A DNA stretch of 64,000 nucleotides from Ruditapes philippinarum (taxonomy: Eukaryota): contig NW_026853241.1 in NCBI RefSeq assembly GCF_026571515.1, forward strand, positions 1-64,000, read 5' to 3'. The notes beneath the pieces are model-generated. The model was given only the letters and a program-made list of their open reading frames with translations. It searched no databases and was not told where the DNA came from. Shown piece after piece: positions 1 through 14,240 of this stretch (the stretch's first letter is position 1; each line of letters begins with the position of its first letter). The position numbers were made by a program, and so were the translations under genes.

Positions 1-874
1 GAAATAAACTGGTTCTCATTAAATTTTTATCGACTGCTAGCGTAGTAATATTCAAATCGCGTAAAGCAATGGTATTTGTAATTTTGTGATATAAAATGAT
101 TTAAAATTAAGTAATAAAATGACCAGTCAATTTTAAATTAGATAAGGTATTATGATGATCTGAATATTATGGCAAAATATTGGAACTATTTTTTTTGCTC
201 AGCGCAGCTAGATAGCCTAAACGCGTTCAGAAGGTAGTAAGCTGAATTTATCGTAATTACATTGGGGGCTTGCGCCCCCAAAAAAAACAACATTACTGTA
301 AATTGACTTCATCTAAAAATCAATAAGAACAAAAATGAAATAGATACTAAGTACTTTTTAACAATGAAGAATATTGTTTATTTTAATAGGTTTTGCATGT
401 GATTAGGCATTTCAGCACTTTACATTCAGATATGAAAATATTAACACTGCAGTAAACGGTGCCTTTAGATCAATCATTAGTGAAATTATTCTTTTAATTG
501 TCATCCGATTTTATATTTCAAACTGTAATTATTTAAATCAGTTGACGAGCCAACTTACCTAATTTCGGCTAAAGTTTAATGTTTGTCAACATCACGGACG
601 ATCTTTCATTTCTCTGATTCGCTACTAACACCATTTGAACACGTGTGTAATCATCAGTGCTCCAAGTCAGAGGATTAAAGACGTAAATTGTTCCAATTAA
701 GACATTAACACTTTTACCGAAGTGTCACACAATTGATGACATAATTGATTATACAGTTTGATAAACAAACTAATCGCGCATGACCTTTCACATTAGGGCC
801 GCTTATGTAATTGACGCGGCCGCTTATTATATTTAAGTGTACTAGTTGTCGGATGCTTTTATCTTACGTTGGCG

Positions 875-964
875 CCAGTAAAATTCGCCAATTGAAGATT
901 TTATGCGCCAGAATTAATATTTTGTCGCATTTGGCGCCATTGGCGAGCGACAGCGGGAACCCTG
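875..964 (-). mobile_element. Probable DNA-transposon/MITE terminus (hAT-like CAGGG end)
   Basis: Minus strand begins CAGGGTTCCCGCTGTCGCTCGCCAATGGCGCCAAATGCGAC, GC-rich with repeated GCGCCA/TCGCCA motifs, exactly where RT homology ends. Partner terminus not found in the window. Confidence 0.4.
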
Positions 965-1379
965 CTTTATTTAATAAACATACATGTGGGACTTTATCGA
1001 AAGCCTTTGCTAGATCAAGATATATGGTGTCCCAGCTTTGATAATTTTCCATATAAATATTCCATTCTTCTAATACATTTAGAAGTTGTAAAGCACAAGA
1101 CCTTCTTGTCCGAAAACCATACTGATTGTCAGATAATAATTTATTTTCTTCAATATGTTTCATAATGTGCTTTCGAATAATTTTTTCCAATGTTTTACAC
1201 AATATTGATGTTAGACTAACTGGTTGATAGTTACTAGGATTTGTTTTGCTTCCTTTTTTAAAAATTGGCGATACTCTTGCATCTTTCCATGCATTTGGAT
1301 GTAATCCGTTTTCAAGTGACTTTCTAAATATAGCGGTTAACGGCTCAACAAAAACATCAGCCAGACTCTTAATATAGGA
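965..1379 (-). mobile_element. Non-LTR retrotransposon (CR1/L2-like) reverse transcriptase fragment
   Basis: Open frame reads LADVFVEPLTAIFRKSLENGLHPNAWKDARVSPIFKKGSKTNPSNYQPVSLTSILCKTLEKII...LLSDNQYGFRTRRSCALQLL...DTIYLDLAKAFDKVPH; classic LINE RT motifs (NYxPxSL, QYGFR, LDxxKAFD). Truncated before the YADD motif. Confidence 0.92.
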
Positions 1380-2387
1380 CTAGGGGCTAATGTAGATAAT
1401 TATACCAATATATTTTTTTAGTAAATTGGATAAATAATAAAGAACATAAATGAATCTTTTTGATAAGGCTTGAATAAATCTACAGTGGTATTCAATTTTT
1501 TCCTTACTCAGCACGAAAACCTATGACAAAATATGGAGCCAACAAAATATCAGTCGTGTGTGAAATATAATCAAATGTTAACAATAAAAACCACTGTCTG
1601 GTTAAACTTAATGTATTGAATAATCTTTTAATGAAATAACAATTATTCTATTAATTCAAACAGTTTTGTGAATTTACCAAATGTTTTGTGGACTTTTTTT
1701 CATCTCAAAGTTGGCGCCATCTTTGTTGTTTATGTGTGTTCGTCAATTTCCGGAATTGTTCGGCAATGTTCGTTCTCTTCCGTACCGAATAAGAATGCAG
1801 ACGAAACACGGAGATGCTCTTTTAAAATATTTTCGAGTAGTCTGCGTTATAAATGATATTGTTTGATTCGTCTAATGATTATAAATATTAGAGCACGCAC
1901 TGTACGTCCTTGTGTAATTGACTTTTTTTATTAAATGTGTAAAAGGTCAAATAACCGTTTAAATTTTTCATTAATGTCTTTAGTACTTCTGTTCGTTCCC
2001 TCTTTATCAACATCGAATGCATACAGCAGGCACTTTTTAACACATAAATGTAAGAAACAATGATTCCTCCAATTTATAATTAGTTTCATGTGCATAATAC
2101 ATGCTAAATATACGTAACCATATTCAGAAATCACAAGACAGCAAAATGGTGGTCAAACAGTAAAAAAGAAGGTGAAAAGAGTTTCCCACCCATAGCCTTG
2201 AGTATAAAGCAGCTGTCTCATGTTATCGAAGGTTGGTGTCTCGTTTTGCTTAAAATTACTTCTTTTTTTTTTAAACTAAGTTGGGTTTCAAACGTTTTCA
2301 ATAGATCTACTAAAATGTGCACTTATCAGTTGTTGTTGAGGTCAGTCGGATTCTTGGCAAAATGCAGGCTTCGGTCAACACGACAAT

Positions 2388-5300
2388 CAGTAGTCACCAG
2401 TAGACTATAGGGTAACCCCAGTGGTCACCAGTAGACTATAAGGTAACACCAGTCATCACCAGTAGACTATAGGGTAACACCAGTCATCACCAGCAGACTA
2501 CCAGTAGACTATAGGGTAACACCAGTCGTCACCAGTAGACTATAAGGTAAACACCAGTCATCACCAGTAGACTATAGGGTAACACCAGTCATCACCAGTA
2601 GACTACCAGTAGACTATAGGGTAACACCAGTCATCACCAGTAGACTATAGGGTAACACCAGTCATCACCAGTAGACTATAGGGTAACACCAGTCATCACC
2701 AGTAGACTATATAGGGTAACACCAGTCATCACCAGTAGACTACCAGTAGACTATAGGGTAACACCAGTCATCACCAGTAGACTATATAGGGTAACACCAG
2801 TCGTTACCAGTAGACTATATAGGTTAACACCAGTCATCACCAGTAGACTATATAGGGTAACACCAGTCGTTACCAGTAGACTATATAAGTTAACACCAGT
2901 CATCACCAGTAGACTATAGGGTAACACTAGTCGTCACCAGTAGACTATAGGGTAACACTAGTCATCACCAGTAGACTATAAGGTAACACCAGTCGTCACC
3001 ATCAGACTATAGTTAACACCAGTCGTCACCAGTAGACTATAGGGTAACACCAGTCGTCACCAGTAGACTCTAGGGTTACCCCAGTCGTCACCAGTAGACT
3101 ATAGAGTAACACCAATCGTCACCAGTAGACTATAGGGTAACACAAGTCGTCACCAGTAGACTATAGAGTAACACCAATCGTCACAAGTAGACTATAGGGT
3201 AACACAAGTCGTCACCAGTAGACTATAGAGTAACACCAGTCATCACCAGTAGACTATAGAGTAACACCAATCGCCACCAGTAGACTATAGGGTAACACCA
3301 GTCGTCACCAGTAGACTATAGGGTAACACCAGTCATCACCAGTAGACTATCGGGTAACCCCAGTCGTCACCAGTAGACTATAGGGTAACACCAATCGTCA
3401 CCAGTAGACTATAGGGTAACACCAGTCATCACCAGTAGACTATAGGGTAACACCAGTCGTCACCAGTAAGCTATAGGGTAACACTAGTCATCACCAGAAG
3501 ACTATAGGGTAACCCCAGTCGTCACCAGTAGACTATAGGGTAACACCAGTCATCACCAGTAGACTATATAGGGTAACACCAGTCGTTACCAGTAGACTAT
3601 AGTGTAACACCAGTCATCACCAGTAGACTATAGGGTAACACCAGTCATCACCAGTAGACTATAGGGTAACCCCAGTCATCACTAGGTAGACTATAGTGTA
3701 ACCCCAGTCGTCACCAGTAGACTATAGGGTAACACCAGTCGTCACCAGTAAGCTATAGGGTAACACTATTCATCACCAGTAGACTATAGGGTAACACCAG
3801 TCATCACCAGTAGACTATAGGGTAACCCCAGTCATCACTAGGTAGACTATAGTGTAACCCCAGTCGTCACCAGTAGACTATAGGGTAACCCCAGTCGTCA
3901 CCAGTAGACTATAGGGTAACACCAGTCATCACCAGTAGACTATATAGGGTAACACCAGTCGTTACCAGTAGACTATATAGGGTAACGACAGTCGTCACCA
4001 GTAGACTATAGGGTAACTCCAGTCGTCACAAGTAGACTATAGGGTAACTCCAGTCGTCACCAGTACACTATAGGGTAACCCAAGTAGTCACCAGTAGACT
4101 ATTGGGTAACCCCAGCTAGTCACCAGTAGTCTAAAGGGTAACCCCAGTCGTCACCAGTAGACTATAGGGTTACCCCAGTCGCCACCAGTAGACTATAGGG
4201 TAACACCAGTCATCACCAGAAGACTATATGGTAACACCAGTCGTCACCAGTAGACTATAGGGTAACTCCAGTCGTCACAAGTAGACTATAGGGTAACCCC
4301 AGTCGTCACCAGTACACTATAGGGTAACCCAAGTAGTCACCAGTAGACTATTGGGTAACCCCAGTAGTCACCAGTAGTCTAAAGGGTAACCCCAGTTGTG
4401 ACCAGTAGACTATAGGGTAACCCAAGTCGTCACCAGTAGTAGACTATAGGGTAACATCAGTCGTCACCAGTAGACTATAGGGTTACCCCAGTCGCCACCA
4501 GTAGACTATAGGGTAACACCAGTCATCACCAGAAGACTATATGGTAACACCAGTCGTCACCAGTAGACTATAAGGTAACCCCAGTCGTCACCAGTAGATT
4601 ATAGGGTAACACCAGTCATCACTAGAAGACTATAGGGTAACCCCAGTCGTCACCAGTAGATTATAGGGTAACACCAGTCATCACCAGTAGACTATAGGGT
4701 AACCCCAGTCACCAGTAGACTATCGGTAACACCAGTCATCACAAGTAGACCATAGGGTAACCCCTGTCATCACCAGTAGACTATAGGGTAACACCAGTCG
4801 TCACCAGTAGACTATAGGGTAACATCTGTCGTCACCAGTAGACTATAGGGTAACCCCAGTCGTCACCAGTAGACCATAGGGTAACACCAGTCATCACCAG
4901 TAGACTATAGGGTAACACCAGTCATCACCAGTAGACTATAGGGTAACACCAGTCATCACCAGTAGACTATAAGGAAACACCAGTCGTCACCAGTAGACTA
5001 TAGGGTAACACCAGTCGTCACCTGTAGACTATAGGGTAACACCAGTCATCACCAGTAGACTATAGGGTAACACCAGTCGTCACCAGTAGACTATGTACCA
5101 GTCATCACCAGTAGACTATAGGGTAACATCAGTCGTCACCAGTAGACTATAGGGTAACATCAGTCGTCACCAGTAGACTATTGGGTAACCCCAGTCGTCA
5201 CCAGGTAGACTATAGGGTAACACCAGTCATCACCAGTAGACTATATGGTAACACCAGTCATCACCAGTAGACTATAGGTAACACCAGTCATCACCAGTAG

Positions 5301-8300
5301 ACTATAGGGTAACACCAGTCGTCACCTGTAGACTATAGGGTAACACCCAGTCATCACCAGTAGACTATAGGGTAACATCAGTCGTCACCAGTAGACTATA
5401 GGGTAACCCCAGTCGTCACCAGTAGACTATAGGGTAACACCAGTCATTACCAGTAGACCATAGGGTAACCCCAGTCATCATCAGTAGACTATAGAGTAAC
5501 CCCACCAGTCGTCACCAGTAGACTATAGGGTAACACCAGTCGTCACCAGTAGACTATAGGGTAACACCAGTCGTCACCAGTAGACTATAGGTAACCCAGT
5601 CGTCACCAGTAGACTATAGGGTAACCCCAGTCGTCACCAGTAGACTATAGGGTAACACCAGTCATCAACCAGTAGACCAATAGGGTAACCCCAGTCATCA
5701 CCAGTAGACTATAGGTAACACCAGTCGTCACCAGTAGACTATAGGGTAACACCAGTCGTCACCAGTAGACTATAGGGTAACCCAGTCGTCACCAGTAGAC
5801 TATAGGGTAACCCCAGTCGTCACCAGTAGTTAGTAGACCATAGGGTAACACCAGTCATCACCAGTAGATTATAGGGTAACACCAGTCATCACCAGTAGAC
5901 TATAGGGTAACACCAGTCATCACCAGTAGACTATAGGGTAACCCCAGTCGTCACCAGTAGACCATAGGGTAACACCAGTCGTCACCAGTAGACTATAGGG
6001 TAACATCAGTCGTCACCAGTAGACTATAGGCGTAACACCAGTCGCCACCAGTAAGACCATAAGGGTAACACCAGTCGTCACCAGTAGACTATAGGGTAAC
6101 ACCAGTCGTCACCAGTAGACTCTATAGGGTAACACCAGTCATCACCAGTAGACTATAAGGAAACACCAGTCGTCACCAGTAGACTATAGGGTAACACCAG
6201 TCGTCACAAGGTAGACCATAGGGTCACATCAGTAGTCACCAGTAGACTATAGGGTAACACCAGTCATCACCAGTAAACTATAGGGTAACACCAGTCATCA
6301 CCAGTAGACTATAGGGTAACACCAGTCGTCACCGGTAGATTATAGGGTAACACCAGTCGTCACCGGTAGACTATAGGGTAACACCAGTCATCACCAGTAG
6401 ACTATAGGGTAACCCCAGTCGTCACCAGTAGACTATAGGGTAACCCCAGTCGTCACAAGTAGACTATAGGGTAACGACAGTCGTCACCAGTAGACTAAAG
6501 GGTAACTCCAGTCATCACCAGTAGACTATAGGGTTACAAAAGTCGTCACCAGTAGACTATAGGGTAAAGTTGTCACCAGTAGACTATAGGGTAACCCCAG
6601 TCGTCACCAGTAGACTATATGGTAACACCAATCATCACCAGTAGACTATAGGGTAACACCAGTCATCACCAGTAGACTATAGGTAACCCCAGTGTCACCA
6701 GTAGACTATAGGGTAACACCAGTCATCACCAGTAGACTATATGGTAACCCCAGTCGTCACCAGTAGACTATATGGTAACCCCAGTGGTCACCAGTAGACT
6801 ATAGGGTAACCCCAGTTGTCACCAGTAGACTATAGGGTAACACCAGTCATCACCAGTAGACCATAGGTAACCCCAGTCATCACCAGTAGACTATAGGGTA
6901 ACATCAGTCGTCACCAGTAGACTATAGGGTAACCCCAGTCGTCACCAGTAGACTATATGGTAACACCAGTCGTCACCAGTAGACTATAGGGTAACCCCAT
7001 CATCACCAGTAGACTATAGGGTAACACCAGTTGTCACCAGTAGACTATAGGGTAACCCCAGTCGTCACCAGTAGACTATAGGGTAACACCAGTCGTCACC
7101 AGTAGACTATATGGTAACCCCAATCATCACCAGTAGACTATATGGTAACACTAGTCGTCACTAGTAGACTATAGGGTAACCCCAATCATCACCAGTAGAC
7201 TATAGGGTAACACCAGTCATCACCAGTAGACTATAGGGTAACCCCAGTTGTCACCAGTAGACTATAGGGTAACCCCAGTTGTCACCAGTAGACTATAGGG
7301 TAACACCAGCCGTCACCAGTAGACAATAGGGTAACACCAATCATCACCAGTATACTATAGGGAAACACTAGTCGTCACCAGTAGACTATATGGTAACCCC
7401 AATCATCACCAGTAGACTATATGGTAACACTAGTCGTCACCAGTAGACTATAGGGTAACCCCAGTCATCACCAGTAGACTATAGGGTAACATTAGTCATC
7501 ACCAGTAGACTATATGGTAACACCAGTCATCACCAGTAGACTATATGGTAACACCAGTCATCACCAGTAGACTATATGGTAACCCCAATCATCACCAGTA
7601 GACTATATGGTAACACTAGTCATCACCAGTAGACTATATGGTAACACCAGTCATCACCAGTAGACTATATGGTAACACCAGTCATCACCAGTAGACTATA
7701 TGGTAACACCAGTCATCACCAGTAGACTATATGGTAACCCCAATCATCACCAGTAGACTATATGGTAACACTAGTCATCACCAGTAGACTATAGGGTAAC
7801 ACCAGTCATCACCAGTAGACTATAGGGTAACATTAGTCATCACCAGTAGACTATATGGTAACCCAATCATCACCAGTAGACTATAGGGTAACCCACTAGT
7901 CGTCACCAGTAGACTATAGGGTAACCCCAGTCGTCACCAGTAGACTATATGGTAACCCCAGTCGTCACCAGTAGACTATAGGGTAACCCCAGTTGTCACC
8001 AGTAGACTATAGGGTAAACATTAGTCATCACCAGTAGACTATATGGTAACCCATCATCACCAGTAGACTATATGGTAACACTAGTCGTCACCAGTAGACT
8101 ATAGGGTAACCCCAGTCGTCACCAGTAGACTATATGGTAACCCCAGTCGTCACCAGTAGACTATAGGGTAACCCAGTTGTCACCAGTAGACTATAGGGTA
8201 ACCCCAGTCGTCACCAGTAGACTATAGGGTAACACCAATCATCACCAGTAGACTATATGGTAACACCAGTCATCACCAGTAGACTATAGGGTAACCCCAG

Positions 8301-9708
8301 TTGTCACCAGTAGACTATAGGGTAACCCCAGTTGTCACCAGTAGACTATAGGGTAACATCAGTCGTCACCAGTAGACTATAGGGTAACCCCAGTCATCAC
8401 CAGTAGACTATAGGGTAACATTAGTCATCACCAGTAGACTATAGGGTAACACCAGTCATCACCAGTAGACTATAGGGTAACATCAGTCGTCACCAATAGA
8501 CTATAGGGTAACACCAGTCGCCACCAGGTAGCCCATAGGGTAACATCAGTCGTCACCAGTAGACTATAGGGTAACACCGGTCATCACCAATAGACTATAG
8601 GGTAACCTCAGTCGTCACCAGGTAGACTATAGGGTAACTCCAGTCGTCACCAATAGACTATAGGGTAACTCCAGTCTTCACCAATAGACTATAGGGTAAC
8701 ATCAGTCGTCACCAGTAGACTATAGAGTAACACAATTCGTCACCACTAGACTATAGCGTAACCCCAATCATCACCAGTAGATTATAGGGTAACCCCAGTC
8801 GTCACCAGTAGACTATAGGGTAACCCCAGTCGTCACCAGTAGACTATAGGGTAACCCCAGTCGTCACCAGTACACTATAGGGTAACACCAGTCGTCACCA
8901 GTAGACTATATGGTAACACCAGTCGTCACCAGTAGACTATAGGGTAACACCAGTTGTCACCAGTAGACTATAGGGTAACCCCAGTCGTCACCAGTAGACT
9001 ATAGGGTAACCCCAGTCATCACCAGTAGACTATAGGGTAACCCCAGTCGTCACCAGTAGACTATAGGGTAACACCAGTCGTCACCAGTAGACTATAGGGT
9101 AACACCAGTCGTCACCAGTAGACTATAGGGTAACCCCAGTCATCACCAGTAGACTATAGGGTAACCCCAGTCATCACAAGTAGACTATAGGGTAACACCA
9201 GTCATCACCAGTAGACTATAGGGTAACCCCAGTCATCACCAGTAGACTATAGGGTAACACCAGTCATCATCAGTAGACTATATGGTAACCCCAGTCGTCA
9301 CCAGTAGACTATAGAGTAACCCCAGTTATCACCAGTAGACTATAGGGTAACCCCAGTCGTCACCAGTAGACTATATGGTAACCCCAGTCATCACCAGTAG
9401 ACTATAGGGTAACCCCAGTTATCACCAGTAGACTATAGGGTAACCCCAGTTATCACCACTAGACTATAGAGTAACCCCAGTCATCACCAGTAGACTATAG
9501 GGTAACACCAGTCATCACCAGTAGACTATAGGGTAACCCCAGTCGTCACCAGTAGACTATAGGGTAACCCCAGTCGTCACCAGTAGACTATAGGGTAACC
9601 CCAGTCGTCACCAGTAGACTATAGGGTAACCCCAGTCGTCACCAGTAGACTATAGGGTAACACCAGTCATCACCAGTAGACTATAGGGTAACCCCAGTCA
9701 TCACTAGT
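2388..9708. repeat. Large tandem satellite, 31-bp unit (CACCAGTAGACTATAGGGTAAC[A/C]CCAGTC[A/G]T), roughly 235 copies
   Basis: Directly visible head-to-tail array with no unique spacers; ORF track shows no ORF across it. Confidence 0.98.
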
Positions 9709-11861
9709 GTATCATGTATTGCATGACTTTCTTTTTTGAAAGAAACATGTAACTTAATGTGCGTGTGTCAAATTATTAAAGCTCAAAACAGCTTTTAGTA
9801 ATTTAAGTCATGCTATGCAATGTCCTTGATTTATCCCGTACGTATTGTATCTCAAGCCACAACGCATGTTCGTGAAATTATTGATTTGATACGATTTATA
9901 TTTGATATGATGAAAACGATTTCATCACCTATATAATTATGTGCGTGATTTGAAATAAGTTTTATTATTTGTTATGATTGTTTATATACGTGTTTCACTT
10001 GACAAAACTCTTGGTTAATAATTGACGAGGTAAAAATATGATAGTCTCCCTTTAATCATTTCTGCGCAGACGACATCAAAGAATATCGTTAGGTATTATA
10101 TATAAAATGATTAAAATACATCTTTAACGTTTACTATATCAATATTAAATTTCAAAATATTATGCAATAATTAACAGATACCGTGACGTTTTTTTATTGT
10201 TCTTTACTAGTAGGCCTACTAGTACTTTTTTTATCATTGTTCAACTGATTATTGATGGTCTAACTATCTAAACATTTTTTTCTTATTTTGTTCGTTATTT
10301 ATAAAATACACCAAGAAAAATATGCATGCATGTTTTTACTATCAAATTTAACCCCCAAATGTTTAGAACTAAATTTTGAAATCATTTTGTTTGTTAACAA
10401 TTACAAAGAGTTGTATGTACGCGAATCTTTATATAAAACACATAATATACCCCCGACACCCTCATGATTTCTTGTGATCACGAGCATTAGTCTCATATAT
10501 TTCATATAGATATTTGGATACCAAAAAGTATGGAATACAATCAGTAACACAATTCTAAGTATAATTATCTCGTAACATTAACAATATTTACTTGTTATAA
10601 TAACCGCGTCCACTCCAATGTTTATGAGCAAAAATTGAAACATAATGCCTATTATCGACAAAACAAGTTAAATACACGCGTAAATAAATGTTTTAAATGA
10701 GCGATGCATCGATTTTTATCCATGGTTTGAGCACTTTAAAGTGGGTGTCACTAAACACGTTAAATCAACACGTGGCCCGAAATGCATCACCCAATTAATC
10801 ACCCAATTATTACGTGCACCGGATATTTTATATTTTATCTGGAATGATGTCTTGTCATCTAATATCAGAACCATGTTATCAATCAGATTATTATTAAGAA
10901 CCAATCTAAGTAATCCTTACAATATTGTAAATAGAACGAAAATCGAAATAATAATGATAAAAACTATTAAAATAATTACAAAAATAATTAAGAAACTGCA
11001 ATGATTGATCATTTCCAAGGTTGATATGATGGTTTTACCCAGTTGCCGAGTAAATAGCACCCGAGCACCCGAAAGCAAATTGTACGTTATAAATCCAATT
11101 ATCTAACCCGCACAATCCGTGACTGAAAAGCCCTACCTGATCACAAAGAGCCCAGGAAATATTTTACTGATTTTAGTGTCCGCTTACTACAGTACAGCCT
11201 GGACACCGTTATTGTATTAATCGTCTTTTAAAATGAATATAGAGCTCTAATATATTTTAGAGTATTTTTTTGCCACTTGCTCGTGATAGAAGGAGACGAG
11301 CTCAGAGTGGGGTTATTGGTGTATGCGGAGTATTCTACTTTATTGAAAGCTGCTAGGTCGCTATATAAGGGTATTCTTGTCGTCATAATATATAAAACCT
11401 TGTCGTCATAATATATAAAACCCAATAAAAATGAAAGCTTTTATTATAAACTTATAAATGAAATATTGAGAAATATTGATAAAATAAAATGTGTTTTTTT
11501 TTCACTGCAGTGAAACATATTTTTCGTATTTTCACTGGTGTCTTGCCACAATACTTTCTTCTAAATTCACCCAATATACAACATTTAAGGGGAAAACTAT
11601 GCTATTGTAATGTGAAAAAAAGAGAAAATTGTATATAATAAACAGAAATTCAGGGTTTTTTTCTATGAATTCTGGATTTATTTTCAACTTTTGGTATGAA
11701 AATTGTCTTATTTATATTTATATCATACCACTCGATAAAAATAAATCCTGTATTTATCGAAACAATCTTGAATATCCTCTATATCTGAGGATTAAAATAT
11801 GAAATAAAAGAAAGTTCATGTGCATGAACGTAAACCACAATTATCTTCATTTATTCCTTAA

Positions 11862-12174
11862 AGGCCCATTATTCCTCAGAAATGCTATCATTTTTATTTC
11901 TCAAAAACTTTTGCTTTTGGTTTCATAAAAATACTCATTTGCCAATTGCCATATAGATGAATTATCTTTGGCCCTTTTGCTTTGTTGACAAATGGTATAC
12001 TTATTTGTATGGAAGTCAAAATACTATTTTGTTTACATTTTCACATTACTGCACATTCAGCTCTACTTTCCTCAGCTGTTTAACATCTATCATGCTCTAA
12101 ATCCATTATTAAAACACGTGTTTGACATTTCTAAAGAATTTAATAAATATGGATTTTTGAGGCAAAATGTGCCT
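11862..12174. mobile_element. Non-autonomous TTAA-flanked DNA transposon (Kolobok-like MITE), copy 1
   Basis: TTAA|AGGCCCATT...AATGTGCCT|TTAC; reverse-complement homologous along its length to 54666-55002. Confidence 0.7.
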
Positions 12175-13744
12175 TTACGTTTAAAACGTCAGTATCAATT
12201 GTACTATAAATATTTACGAAGAATATAAGTAAAATAATATATGTTATATATGATATTTTGAGATCACTAAGATAAGAAATGTAATAATGGTTTACATTTT
12301 GATGTAATATAATTTCCAAAAATAAATTAAAAAATCATATCTGTACTAAATGATAGCGAAAAATAAAGATATTGTTAATGTTCAATATTGTACTGATTTA
12401 AGCATCAAATACCAAACTCCGATTAAAACTGTTTGTTTGACAATAAAAACGATACTATATTTTTTTTTACAATATCGTTACGCTGTAATATGCGATACAA
12501 CAAGTTCATGTAATATCATCGCTATTTATAGCAAGTGCCACAAGATTCTATGCGTTTTTCTAAAACGCAATGCGCCTTTTTAAAATGTTGTACTCTTTGC
12601 CAAAACGCGTTATACACTTTTCTAAGATGCTTTAAATAAGATAACCCTTTTACTATATGCGTACATAAGCTGCTTGTATTTTGTATATTTCTTTTAATAT
12701 GAGAGCTAATGCCCATCATCGTTTCTGCACTGCCAACATCTCTCGACCGAAGGTGCTTGTCTATAAACTATAACAATATCACAAATATCTTGTTTTTTCT
12801 CTATTTTTAATATATGGATATGATATTACATGAATAACTAGATTAAACATATTTTATGCCAAATCAATGCGACTGGCACTGTTTCACACTTTCCGCTTGT
12901 CATCTGTTCTCTCGGCAGTTGAACTGGATATATTTTTCCTGCGTTTGATCATACAAGTAACCGCCCTCTTTCATTGATAAGGAATAAAATATAATTGTTA
13001 GGCTATAATATACAAATTCATAGTCCTGTAAGATGCAAACTGGAATTCACCAAAGAAACAATAAAATTAGATACATGTATTTAAAATCGACACATTTAGC
13101 AATGAAATGATGTTTAAAGTAATGTTCCACAAATGTTTTATGGTCAAACACAAGTAGGCAATACCTTTACAATATTGATAATAAAATTAGTTGTGTATTT
13201 TCCTTTTTTAGTTTTAGTGTCTCTTATAGATGAATGCTTTATTTTTCATTTTCACTAATTTATAAACGTAAGACTTTTCTTAAACTTTGAGTTAATATTT
13301 TACAATTGTGTTATATGATTTTAATTGGGCATATCGTATAGTAGAAAAAATGCCGCCGTGAAGTCATCCCACCATAGAGAAGTCTTGCCTGCAATAAGTG
13401 CAACAGAGACAACCATGAAATGATTGGACCATTGCTTTACCTCAGATGTCGAAAAGCAGAATTAACATAACCAAGCGTTCCAACCATAAACTTTATAAGT
13501 TTGTTATCATAAACACTGGTCAAACACTTTCATCTTTGTCATCATGAACAATAATAAAAATATGAACGGAAAATCAAAAGCTTTCAAAAATCCTTTCAGT
13601 TCAAATGGGATTTCAAAATCATTTCTGAGAACTAATAAATAGAATTTTAGGTATTACTATTTGAGAATGAAAATTTGTTTTAAAGAAGAACGCGTATTCC
13701 ATAATAGCACAATCTAGATCTTCAACACGACGTAAATAATCAGG

Positions 13745-13876
13745 TGAGATTTTTTCATTTCATTTTCAAATATTGAACATGGCTTAAACCTGTGCTAGGG
13801 GGCTCGGACGACAGACTGAGCTTACCACTTCGCCGAATCAATCCGAGTCTGCAACAGTTTTCAATTTTGTCGTTTT
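13745..13876 (-). repeat. Dispersed twin-hairpin repeat family A (core CCCCCTAGCACCGGYTTAAGC), reverse copy
   Basis: GGCTTAAACCTGTGCTAGGGGGC...CCGAGTCTGCAACAGTTTTCAATTTTGTCG is the reverse complement of the 46875-47120 copy. Confidence 0.75.
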
Positions 13877-13877
13877 T

Positions 13878-13878
13878 T

Positions 13879-13918
<40 letters not shown>

Positions 13919-13920
13919 TT
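13878..13920. repeat. (TTTA)n microsatellite
   Basis: Direct observation. Confidence 0.9.
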
Positions 13921-14027
13921 ATCTCTTGTACTTTGTGAGTTTCCAGAAAAAACTTCTATTGAAGGAAAGAATATTGCAAAAACAAAATACAGAAAAGAAA
14001 ATATAATCAGAGTCTTATAAAGTGACA

Positions 14028-14240
14028 NNNNNNNNNNNNNNNNNNNNNNNNNNNNNNNNNNNNNNNNNNNNNNNNNNNNNNNNNNNNNNNNNNNNNNNNN
14101 NNNNNNNNNNNNNNNNNNNNNNNNNNNNNNNNNNNNNNNNNNNNNNNNNNNNNNNNNNNNNNNNNNNNNNNNNNNNNNNNNNNNNNNNNNNNNNNNNNNN
14201 NNNNNNNNNNNNNNNNNNNNNNNNNNNNNNNNNNNNNNNN
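14028..14240. other. Assembly gap (N run)
   Basis: N characters. Confidence 1.

Noticed and set aside
2388-9708. 31-bp array as a CRISPR array
   Set aside because: Units are head-to-tail with no unique spacers, no cas genes, eukaryotic context.
9702-9708. CTAGT at the satellite end as a Helitron 3' terminus
   Set aside because: The CACTAG variant also occurs inside the array and no distinct subterminal hairpin precedes it.
12500-13500. Acceptor-like sites and short frames on the minus strand as further exons or an EGF pseudogene
   Set aside because: Need frameshifts or stops to look protein-like; no recognisable motif.
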